Shown here: in pieces, positions 53,330 through 64,000 of the stretch | Layout: every line of letters starts with the position of its first letter | How positions within the stretch are numbered: position 1 is the stretch's first letter | DNA from: Octopus sinensis | Taxonomy: Eukaryota | Length of the DNA: 64,000 nucleotides | Reading direction: 5' to 3' | Assembly (NCBI RefSeq): GCF_006345805.1 | Contig: NC_043009.1 | Span: 63,798,001 to 63,862,000, forward strand | Notes under the pieces: generated by a model | Told to the model about the DNA's origin: nothing | Seen by the model: the letters and a program-made list of their open reading frames with translations, nothing else | Database searches by the model: none | Translations under genes and position numbers: made by a program

Positions 53330-53921
53330 CAGTGGTTCCCAAAGTGGGCGGTATTCACCCCTTGCCTCCCCCAGGGCTGTGGAACATTCCAAGGGGGTGT
53401 CGAAGAAAAGTGGGGCCATGATGGGGCAGCGATTCATGTAACAACAACAAAATAATGGATTCATTAGGTTAAGTTTTATTTGTGAAATGCAGTTGCTTTG
53501 AATTTGCTTCAGAAAAGTGTCTATGTTTGTGATGGTTAGTTGGGGGTGGGTGCGCTAGGGATGTTAAGTTAAGTTAAGTTAAGTTAATTTTTGGCTCAAA
53601 AAGCAAAAAGCAAGGCCATGTAGGGGGACATAGAGTTACGTACAGGATGGTGTTCATACAAAGAGTTCAGGCCATTTGTGGTCAAGAGAGACTTTGAACC
53701 GAGCGGTCGTCGGCATCTTCACCATCTCGTCCGGCAGCTTATTCCATGGATCCGCAACCCAAACAGAGAAAGCCCCTCTCCTTCGATTGAGATGAAATCG
53801 TCACAGATAGAGCTTTTCGGAGTGACCCCGCAGCCTACGCTCTGGAGCAGGAGTGAAGAACAGCTCTTTCGAGAAGTAGGCATCAAGGGAGCAGCAGCAT
53901 GAAAAGACTTGAGAACCACTG
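53330..53921. mobile_element. hAT-like MITE with a nested CR1 fragment
   Basis: CAGTGGTTCCCAAA...TTGAGAACCACTG with a perfect 8-bp TSD TCCCACAT (53322-29 and 53922-29). Confidence 0.9.
53563..53878 (-). pseudogene. CR1-type LINE 3' end with (TTAAC)n tail
   Basis: Minus strand reads LRGHSEKLYL*RFHLNRRRGAFSVWVADPWNKLPDEMVKMPTTARFKVSLDHKWPELFV*. The internal stop is consistent with CGA>TGA decay. Confidence 0.9.
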
Positions 53922-54299
53922 TCCCACATGGCTGTCAACTTAAATTGCTGGTTCCTCTGTTGGTTCAACATCAGTCCCCACCTCTCCGACCGATGTTGTC
54001 CCCTCATTCAACAGCCCCTCATCACAAGATTCCTAGGTTTCTTTCTTGTCATCAGCAACAATCGCAAGTGTGCTTCCATCATTTCAGGCACGCTTCTCCC
54101 TCATGACAACAATTCGATTCTCTCTTCCACTCTTGTCTCACATCTCTGATCCTCACATCACCAAACACACACAAATCTCTCTACTTTTCTGCTTTTTCCC
54201 TTCAGTTAAATATACCTGACACCCAGCTCCCCTACAATCCAGCTGCTCATCTTTTCAATTGTCACCTTCCTTTAAGATTTTCCTATTTATAACATATCT

Positions 54300-54353
<54 letters not shown>

Positions 54354-54431
54354 GTCTTGCCAACAGTCCAACCCATGCCAGCATGGAAAACGGACGTTAA
54401 ACGATGACGATGATAATGATGATCATGGTGA

Positions 54432-54473
<42 letters not shown>

Positions 54474-54562
54474 ATATGTAGGTCCCGGGTTGAGTCGGGG
54501 TTAACCACAGTAAATAAGGTACTCAATACATAGCAGAGTAAATTAATTTATTTTTAGAAGGA

Positions 54563-54611
54563 GCTTCTACAGGACTAGAACTGTTTCATTCAAATGAAAT
54601 CATCAGGAGGC
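54563..54611 (-). ncRNA. Type I hammerhead ribozyme (left arm of palindrome), one stem I mismatch
   Basis: Minus strand reads GCCUC-CUGAUGA-UUUCAUUUGAAU-GAAACAG(UUCUAGUC)CUGUA-GAAGC. Confidence 0.65.
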
Positions 54612-54712
54612 TTGCTGTCAAAATAAGTTTTGGCATTTATACATTTAGGCAGATTTAATTGCCCATTAAATCTGCCTAAATGTATAAATGCCAAAACTTA
54701 TTTTGACAGCAA

Positions 54713-54761
54713 GCTTCCTGATGATTTCATTTGAATGAAACAGTTCTAGTCCTGTAGAAGC
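54713..54761 (+). ncRNA. Type I hammerhead ribozyme (right arm of palindrome)
   Basis: GCUUC-CUGAUGA-UUUCAUUUGAAU-GAAACAG(UUCUAGUC)CUGUA-GAAGC. Stem I is GCUUC/GAAGC, stem III is ACAG/CUGU, predicted cleavage follows GUA at 54756, and stem II is weak (UUC/GAA). Confidence 0.75.
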
Positions 54762-54937
54762 TCCTTCTATAAAATAAATATATATATAAACATACGCATA
54801 TATAATCCATCTATCTATTTATATGTATGTATATGTGTGTGTATTTATGTATTTGTGTATGTACGTGTGTGTATATATATATATGCATATACATATGCAT
54901 ACATATATGTATATATGTATTTATGTATGTATTTATG

Positions 54938-54970
<33 letters not shown>

Positions 54971-55015
54971 GCATGAATATATGGATGTATGCATGTATAT
55001 ATGTGTACATATATG

Positions 55016-55067
<52 letters not shown>

Positions 55068-56538
55068 TATTGTGTGTATGTGTGTGTGTCTGTGTGTATT
55101 GTAGCTCTCAAACACTCTTCAGTCCGTGCCTGTCAGCTGAATGTCCGGGTCAACTGATAATCTCCTTAAATCCACTCCTAATTTTCCCTTGCTGATTTTA
55201 TTTGCTCTCATTCTTCTCTTATTTATCCTCTCCACTCTAATTTAGACCAGGAATTTGGCAAATCAATTCCTCACTTTAACAGCTTCGGCATGCTGTGTGC
55301 CAACAAAGCCCAGCTTAAAATGTGACAAAATATTTCACCTGTCAGGTAATTTCTTCATTATTTCCTCCTTTCAACAAATCTGTTTACCATCAGACGTTAG
55401 CTACCTTTCTACACTCATAATATATCCACCCTCCCCCAGACTTGTATAGCCTTTCCACTGTAGTTGTAATCAACTTATATATTTGATCACGTGGTCTTCA
55501 ACTGAATTTAACCTAAGAAAAAAATTCTCTCCCCTTTACGGGATCACAAACAGCAAACCACCCCTTTTACTTGGCCATCTTAACACTACAGCCTTGAAAT
55601 TATCACCACCACCACCAACAACAGCATCATCATCATCATCATCATCATCATCCTTTAATGTCTGTTTTCCATGCTGGTATGGGTTGGACAGTTTGACCTA
55701 ATGTGGGAAGCTGGGAAGCCACACCAGGTTCCAGTCTGATTTGGCATAGTTTCTAAGGATGAAAAGCAAAGTCGACCTTAGCAGAATTCGAACTCAAAAC
55801 CTAATGGCAGACAAAATACCACTAAGCATTTCACCCAGCATGCTAACAATTCTGCCAGCTCATCGCTTAATATAATATAATAATGTAATATAATATAATA
55901 TAATATAATATAATATAATATAATATAATATAATATAATATAATATGATATAATATAATAAATGTGAATGTCAGTGTGTCAGTGTGTCACACTTTTTCAA
56001 CTTTACTCCTAGAGGCCGTAGCCCAACATATCTTACCATTTTGGAATCAGGCTGATTCCATGAGTAAATTAAAAACAACCCGGGCTGAATCTGGACCCCC
56101 ACAATCCTGGAATTTTGGATTCCCAAATTTTCATTTCTTTGATGGTTTCTAAGGATGAAACATTCTCAATTTTTTTACCTGATTTTTTGCTACAAATTTC
56201 TTTTGTACGATAACAATTTTTATAATCTAAAGGCCAACTCTGTAAGTAAATTAAAAACACTCCATAAAACAATTCCCAGTAATATTGTAGTGGACCTAAA
56301 TTGCTACCAGAGTACTTAGAAAATGTTATCTAACTCACTATACACCTTTTTTAATCCATATAGTTCCTTAACACTTAATCAGATCAATAGACGTGAATCT
56401 AATTAACTAGCTTTTGTTTCTCCAAATGCTAGACATAATCTAATTCCCTATATCCTGTTTCCCCAAGAGCTGCAGATGATCTAATCCGTTATATCCCTTA
56501 TGAATGTATGTTTGCTTGTATCATTGTCTGTTTATATA

Positions 56539-56586
<48 letters not shown>

Positions 56587-57775
56587 GTCTTATATATATA
56601 TACATGTCTCCATATATGATTGCATGTTTGTATCTGTATACACATGTCTTTGTGCATGTACATCTTGTGTGTGTGTGTGTGTGAATGTCTGAGTTTGGTA
56701 CCTGAGTGTTTAAGTGTCTGTGTGTATCTGTATGTGTGTAGCTATGTATGTCTTTGTGTGTCTATGTATGAATCTGTGTGTGTATACGTGTTTCAGTGAA
56801 AATGTATGTGTATGTATCCGAGGCTTTGTGTGTCCGTATCTGCATATCTATGTATGTGTGTGTGTGTGTGTGTGTGTATGTGTGTGTCTGTGCGTCTGTA
56901 TCTTTGTATGTCTGTGTCTGTGTGTTGCATGCGAAATTTCTACAAGAAAAAATCAGATGTGGAAGATTTTTTCTCCAAATTTTTTTCTCCAGATGATCTA
57001 TTTTTCATAAAGAGAGCAAAGATAGCAGACAACCCTAAGCAAAGTGTAAGAAAACCACACCTTTCTTAAAATAAATAAAGAAATATTTCAAGAATGGTTC
57101 TTGCAAAGGAAATTACTTACTCACAGACCCAAATACTAAATAAGGGAACTGATTTATTCCAACTTTAAATCTGTGAATCATAATCTGCTGCTACATTGAC
57201 ACAGTATTCTGTTACATTCAATGCACCGCAATCTGTTATTTTAGCCAATATTTTCCTTCAAATTATGTATCTTTACAGAAGTATCTGCTCAAAAAAAAAA
57301 AACTACAGCCGTAGTCTGCCATGACGGAGCTGTGATTTGTGGTTCAGATAAGTTATATGTCTTCTCTCATTGGAATCAGATGGGAAAGATAAAGAAGGAA
57401 AATTTTTCAATGAAAACATATTTAGCTTATCTTCTTTGTTCGTTTTTGCATTGAGAATTGAATAACAAAAGGAGAAAATAACAAGATACAACTGTCTTCA
57501 GTAATATTTAAGCATTCAGGTTGCTCAGAATTAGATGTTTTCCATTTATCTTCTGCTTGTTTCAATCATTAGACTGCAGCCATGTTGGTGTACTACCATC
57601 AAGAAGTTTGGTTGAATGAATTGGTCCTGGTACTTCTTTTTAAACCTGGGAAATATTTTATTGGTTGCTTTGCTGAACCACTAGGTTATGGGGACACAAA
57701 CACACCAACATTGGTTGTCAAGCAGTGGTGGGAGACAAAGGGACACAAAGACACACTCATAAATAAATGTATATA

Positions 57776-57815
<40 letters not shown>

Positions 57816-60357
57816 GGAGAGAGAAAAAGAGAGAGTGTGTGTGTGAGAGAGAGAGAGAGAAAGTGTGTGAGAGAGAGAAAAAGAGAGAGTATGTGTGTGT
57901 GAGAGAGAGAGAAAAAGAGAGAGTATGTGTGTGTGAGTGTGAGTGTGTGTGTGTGGTGTGTGTGTGTGTGTGTTGTGTACAGTTATATCTTTTACTGGCA
58001 AAGAAAGTAAAACATTGGTGAGCGAGCAAACAAAAACCAGTGCTTTACAAAGAAAGTTCTTTGAAATATTTGTTCTGCAGCAAGTTCCAGACACTCCCTT
58101 ATCTCTTTTGCCATCAGAAATGCAATGAACCAGTGATTGGCTCCATTGGAAATTTATAGTCAATGCTGCTCTATTGTTCCCTGATTGTGATGTAAAATTA
58201 ATAAAATAAATAACCAGGTGTGAGAGGCAGGGTCTGGCCAGTTTGAATATAAAACAGGTAGAATATTTGGGGCCAGGTATGGCCTGTTTAAATGCTAAAG
58301 GATTAACAGTCAATATTTTAAATATAGGTTGTCTTGACTCATAAATAATTAATATAATTAGTGTCTTAATCATTTATTTATCATTTTTAATTACTTATAT
58401 TCTTGTGTTTAATTCTTATAATAAACCTTGAATTTAATTATGATAACTGACTGTGGTTCAAGAAAGTAAAAGACAAGCTTATCTGATGGTGGCTGAGTGA
58501 CTATGGAATTATCTGTAATCCTCATATAATGTTTGGTGAAGTAGTACTGTTAGATTGTACTAGTAGAATGTTTACATAGCGTACTTGGGCAGAAGACTAT
58601 GTCCTAGTAATGCAATGGAGTCAGGGCTGGATTAAGACCCACTGAGACCCTAAGCACTTAAAAGATTTTTGGTGCCACCCATATATATGTAACTCAAAAT
58701 ATAAACAATAATAAACCATAAAATAAATTTATATTTTTCAAAATGAAACAAAAACTAACAAAAAGATGGAGAATAATGTTTATTTTTGTATACTCGCCCC
58801 ACTTTATCAATATTTGAAAAGTTTTCTCCTGCTTTTTTCTTAATTGCAAAGTCTTTGATCAAATATTTCCTATGACACCCTGAACACTTCAAAATTATAT
58901 TTCTGATCATATCAACTACTTTGAATATTATTTCAGCAAGTTTAAAGTGATTTCTTTCTTGCCATAAACCATTTTGCATTTTTGTGGGGCCCCACTTCTC
59001 TTGAAGCCCTAAACACATGCTTATTTTGCTTAACCCTTTTGTTACCATACTTCTGTTGAGATGCTCTGTGTTTCTTTCAATTAATTTTAAATATAACAAA
59101 GAATTTAGTAAAATAACTTGGTTATCATTAAGTTAGTGTTAGGAACACAAATTGTGACTAAGGTTTGGTGGAAGATTTTAATTCAGAACTTATGAAAACA
59201 AGACATTTGTATTACAGAGCCAGAAGCAGTTTCAGCCGGGCTGGTATCGAAATGGTTAATGGTTAATCCAGCACTGAATGGAATTGGTCTCACTAACTCT
59301 TATACTAGAAAAGGATTCAGCCAATGTGGAAACATTATTATTGTTGTTGTTTTTGTTGAGACAATATAGGATAGACGAAGGCTGCGAGCTGGCAGAAACA
59401 TTAGCACGGTGGGTGAAATGCTTAGTGGTATTTCATCTGTCCTTACATTCTGAGTTCAAATTCTGCTGAGGTCGACTTTGCCTTTCATCCTTTTGGTGTC
59501 AATAAATACAGTAAGTGTTACATGCTGGGATCGATCTAATTGACTGACCCCTCCCCCAAAATTTCGGGCCTTGTACCTAGAGTAGAAAAGAATATAGAAT
59601 AGATGTGAATGTGTGTGGCCTAGTGGTTAGAATATCATACTCATAATCACTAGATTATCATGGGTTCAATTCCTAGACTGGGCAGCACATTTTGTTCTTG
59701 AGCAAAACACTTCTTTTTTCCTGTTGCTCCAGTCCACTCAGCTGTAAATGGACAACCCTGTCCTGTGATGGAACAGTTTTCCGATCAGAAAGAATATTGG
59801 CCTGCTTGCGTAATCAGCAGGGTGGCATCATTAGAAAGCTAAAAACAAAAACAAAAAATTATCCAAAGGGCATTGTGACCAGCGATGTATAACAACATCC
59901 AAGAGTCTGATCAATACCATGTTATAGAATAGAGAGCTGAACAGAGTAGAGAATGCAGTGGTTTTTGAGAGCATCTGGTAATGAGGTTGGGAGGAATAGA
60001 ATGGATAATGGAGTTGAGTTATTTGTAAGAACGTAAGACAATCAAACAGACATCTGTGGGGGGGGGGGTTAAAGAAAATCTAACAACACAATGGGCATGA
60101 ATGAAAGAAGTGGCAGGAAGGTATGGAGGTGTGGGGTAGATGAGTGAGGAATGTAGGGGGTGGTGGGTGGGGAGGGGGAAAGGAATAGCAGAGAGCGTGG
60201 GGGGGGTGTACAGATGTGGTGATATGGGAATGGGGCAGTGGGGCTGGGGGTGGAGGGGGGGACGTTGAGGTTAGTGGACTAAGGAGAACACCCGGTGTTA
60301 TTTATGTTTAAATACTAATTAATGTGACAATACTACTGGCACTGAATTCCAGCTATG

Positions 60358-60862
60358 ACCACCACCACCACCACCAACACCACCGCTAACACCAACAACA
60401 ACAAAACCACTACCACCACTACCGCCCCCACTAATAACAACAACAACAATAACACCCTAACCCTAACCCTATCACCACTACCGCCCCCACTAACAACAAC
60501 AACAACGACAATAACACCCTAACCCTAACCCTATCACCACCACCACCAACAACAACAATAACACCCTAACCCTATCACCACCACCAACAACAACAACAAC
60601 ACTATGGACAACAACACCACCACTACCGCCCCCACTAACAACAACAACGACAATAACACCCTAACCCTATCACTACCACCAACAACAACAACACCACCAT
60701 CAACAACACCACCACTACCAACAACAACACTAACACCATCACCACCACCTTGACCATCCCCCCACCACCCCACTAACAACAACAACAACAACAACGACAA
60801 TAACATCCTAAACCCCTCCCCGAACCCTATCACCACCGCCACCACCACCACCACCACCACCG
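60358..60862. repeat. CAA/CAC minisatellite with embedded telomere-type CCCTAA hexamers
   Basis: Recurring AACACCCTAACCCTAACCCTATCACC and ACTACCGCCCCCACTAA modules. Confidence 0.85.
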
Positions 60863-61465
60863 CTCCATTAGCAACACAGAAAGTAAACAGAAAGTTATTT
60901 TCAGAACAGAAGAGTAATTTATATTTAGAATGTTCCACTTGAAGAAATGGTTGAAGGTTTTAAGAGGACACGACTTAGGCAAAAGCAGTCGTAGGAACAA
61001 TGATTTATGGTTTAGACATCTCTGGGATGTCTTGGGAAAACAATGAATGTTTTGTTGTGCTGATGTTGTTGCTGTTGTTGTTGTTGTTGTTGTGTCTTAG
61101 CTGCTTAGTGTGAAATATTTAGTGTTTGAGGAAATTGACAGGTGAGTTTACCTGGAGAGAGAGAGAGAAAGAGAGAGAGTGTGTGTGTGTGTGTGTGTGT
61201 CATAGAGAGAAAGAGTAAGAGACAAAAAGAGGTAATTAATTGAGGATGGAAGGTCTTTTTAATTGTGCTGCGTAAAAGGTTTATCAGAAAATTAGCAATC
61301 TATAAATTACAGCAAATGCATGTATACACACACACACATATGTAATGGTGTGTGTCTGTAAGCATATATCTATGTGTGTATATATATATATATATATGTG
61401 TGTGTGCGTGTGTGTATTAGAAGGTTTGGAGATGATGTACATGTATTATATATTAGAAGAAATAA

Positions 61466-61599
61466 GGTACTCAGAAATCCAGATGGTTTTATATTTACAG
61501 ATATTTATTAATATGTCACATGATTTTATAAATTTATAAAAACATGTGACATATTAATAGGTATCTGTAAATATGAAACCATCTAGATTTCTGAGTACC
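61466..61599. repeat. ~134-bp fold-back palindrome
   Basis: GGTACTCAGAAATCCAGATGG...ATATGTCACATG / CATGTGACATAT...CCATCTAGATTTCTGAGTACC arms, with a few mismatches. Confidence 0.9.
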
Positions 61600-62925
61600 A
61601 ACCGATCGTGGCCATTGCCAGCATACACTGGCACCTAAAAAGCACCATCCATATGTGGCCAATGCCAGCACCGCCTTGACTGGCTTCTGTGCCGGTAGCA
61701 CGTAAAAAGCACCAACCGATCGTGGCCATTGCCAACCTTCCCTGGCACCTGTACCGGTGGCACGTACATGGAGTGGTTGGTGTTAGGAAGGGCATTCAGC
61801 TGTAGAAACACTGCCAGATCAGACTGGAGCCTGGTGCAACCTCCTGGCCGCCCAGATCCCAGTCGAGCCGTCCAACCCATGGAAAACGGACGTTAAACGA
61901 TGATGATGATGATGATGATAGCGCTGCCTTGATGGGCTTCTGTGCCGGTGGCACGTACAAAGCACCCACTATACTCACGGAGTGGTTGGCGTTAAGAAGG
62001 GCATCCAGCTGGCCTGGAAAACGGACATTAAACAACGATGATGATGATGATGATATATATATATATACACATACACACACATGCCAGGCTTCCACACGGT
62101 TTCCCTTTATGAAATTCATTCACAGGCATTGGGTGAACAGGGGCTTCACTTGAAGGTACTTACACCAAGTGCTATGTTGTGGGACTGAACCTGAAACCAT
62201 GTGGTTGGAAAAGCAAGCATCTTAATCACACAGCCACAGCCGTGTCTGTCTCTTAGGCATTTTTAGTCCGAGTTGCACCCACTCCTATTCAGGTTTGACC
62301 GCAGCCAATTTCTTCCTGAAGACAGCAAGACAGCCAGAATGCAGGAGTGAGAGCAAGAGAAGAATTGATTCCAATAAGGGACTGGTACTTTATTTATTGA
62401 CCACCACCGTCCTAAAAAAAAAGGATGAGGGACAAAATTGACCGTGGTAGAATTTGAATTCACAGTGTAGAGATCCAGAATGTTTATTCGCAAAGCAATC
62501 CATGTGATGCTTAATAACTTCACCAGTTGGCAGCCTGATTCAAATGCATGCATATATATTTATGTATATATTCAAATGTATGCATATATATTTATGTATA
62601 TATATATATCATCATCATCATCATCATCATCGTTTAGCGTCCGTTTTCCATGCTAGCATGGGTTGGACGGTTTAACTGGGGTCTGTGAAGCCAGAAGGCT
62701 TCATCAGGCCCAGTCAAATCTGGCAGTGTTTCTACGGCTGGATGCCCTTCCTAACGCCAACCACTCCGTGAGTGTAGTGGGTGCTTTTTATGTGCCACCC
62801 GCACAGGTGCCAGACAGAGCTGGCAAACAGCCACGAACGGATGGTGCTTTTTATGTGCCACCGGCACGAGGGCCAGGCAAGGCTGGCAACGGACACGAAC
62901 GGATGGTGCTTTTTACGTGCCATGC

Positions 62926-63019
<94 letters not shown>

Positions 63020-63419
63020 TATGTGTGTGTGTGTGTGTGTGGAGGCGCGTGGCTTAGTGGTTAGGGTGTTGAACTCATGATTGTAAGATTATGGTTTCGA
63101 TTCCTGGACCGGATGACGCGTTGTGCTCTTGAGCAAAACACTTCATTTCACGTCGCTCCAGTCCACTCAGCTGGCAAAAATGAGTAACGCTGTGATGGAC
63201 TGGCGTCTCGTCCGACTGGGGAACACATATGCCATAGAAACCGGGAAACCGGGCCCATGAGCCTGGCTAGGCTTTAAAAAGGGCGCATTTATTTATTAAT
63301 ATATATATATACACACACACACATATATATATTATATATATATGTATATATATATACAGACACACACACATAAGTCGAAGCATACGGCTCTACATTACAG
63401 ATCTGTTAACAGCATGGAA

Positions 63420-63910
63420 GTTTACATACAGCAGAATGGTACAGAAGGTAAAGCTGAGTGACAGGCTTGGAAAAATTGGAAGAGAAGAAAAGGTAAAACC
63501 AGAGAAGTGTCTGGCAGCATGTAGAGAAGCTCAATGTGAAAAACATGCAAGACAAACAGAGGCTGGGAGTAATAGATTTTCCAGTTGTGCAATGAGAGGA
63601 CCAGAGGCAGGAGATATTCCAGATCGTAAACTGTGGGTGAGTGTAAACCAAGATGTTGTTTCGAAAGCATGTGTATGGAGTGATAGCTGAGAAGAGAGGG
63701 ATTTGGAAATGTTATTATTATTATTATGAGAGGTTGCTGAAAGAAGAGAATGCATGAGAGGGAAGAATGCCCAATGGTGGGACCAGCTATTGAAATTGAC
63801 TGTTAAACATGCAGTTGAAGATTTGAAAGCGAAGAAAGGGGCTGAACCATTAGGGAATATAGCTGAGATGCAGGAAATATCCTGCAGTAAGTTTGGACAT
63901 GTGTTAGTAA
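63420..63910 (+). pseudogene. Decayed RTE LINE ORF2 fragment (region between endonuclease and RT)
   Basis: KCLAACREAQ, EDQRQEIFQI, NQDVVSKACV, YERLLKEENA, GPAIEID and VKHAVEDLKAKKGAEPLGNIAEM match octopus-type RTE motifs across frameshifts. Confidence 0.85.
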
Positions 63911-64000
63911 TTTATTAAGTCAATTAGGCGATAAAATAAATAAATGCGCCCTTTTAAAGCCTAGCCAGGCTCATGGGCCCGGTTTCCCGGTTTCTATGGC

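Noticed and set aside
53930-54290. Possible LINE C-terminal remnant on the plus strand
   Set aside because: The similarity is too degraded to support a call.
57121-57170. Minus-strand FKVGINQ resembling alpha-tubulin, with a GTAAGT donor
   Set aside because: The match is only 6 residues, diverges immediately, and no other tubulin exons are present.
62690-62712. CUGAUGA-AGCC/GGCU on the minus strand
   Set aside because: It is a point variant of the RTE-tail consensus (CTGGTGCAGCC); there is no GAAA or stem III.
1-64000. Most ORFs in the supplied track (poly-YI, CV, HT, IYLS, MDGW, poly-D/M/H/S)
   Set aside because: They are stop-free read-throughs of microsatellites and SINE bodies, with no domain content.
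1-64000. tRNA genes
   Set aside because: The A/B-box-like motifs belong to SINE heads, which continue into SINE bodies and have no complete cloverleaf.

Overview
This is an AT-rich eukaryotic window dominated by repeats. The repeat families point to an Octopus (coleoid cephalopod) genome; this is an inference from recognising the repeats, not a database result. A large part of the window is simple or compound microsatellite ((TA)n, (CA)n, (TAGA)n, (CAT/TAG/CAG/GGT)n). Most of the rest consists of three tRNA-derived SINE families, RTE-type 3' tails, hAT/mariner/piggyBac-like MITEs, decayed CR1/L2 and RTE LINE fragments, and a frameshifted Penelope-like (PLE) reverse-transcriptase fragment. Nearly all ORFs in the supplied track are microsatellite read-throughs. 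I cannot identify a host gene with confidence; there are only a few isolated minus-strand exon candidates with good splice signals. The most interesting non-standard signal is a set of hammerhead-ribozyme motifs. (i) A 105-bp-arm palindrome carries two opposing type I hammerheads and is flanked by a 14-bp direct repeat (54.5-54.8 kb). (ii) A 243-bp GC-rich insertion contains all hammerhead strands in a non-canonical order (12.1 kb). (iii) Minimal PLE-type hammerheads lie at 15.8 and 31.2 kb, with decayed ones at 33.8/35.4 kb. The window also has a near-identical 1.58-kb tandem duplication bounded by (TA)n arrays, a five-unit SINE array, and a minisatellite containing telomeric hexamers. No CRISPR, rRNA or true tRNA gene was seen.
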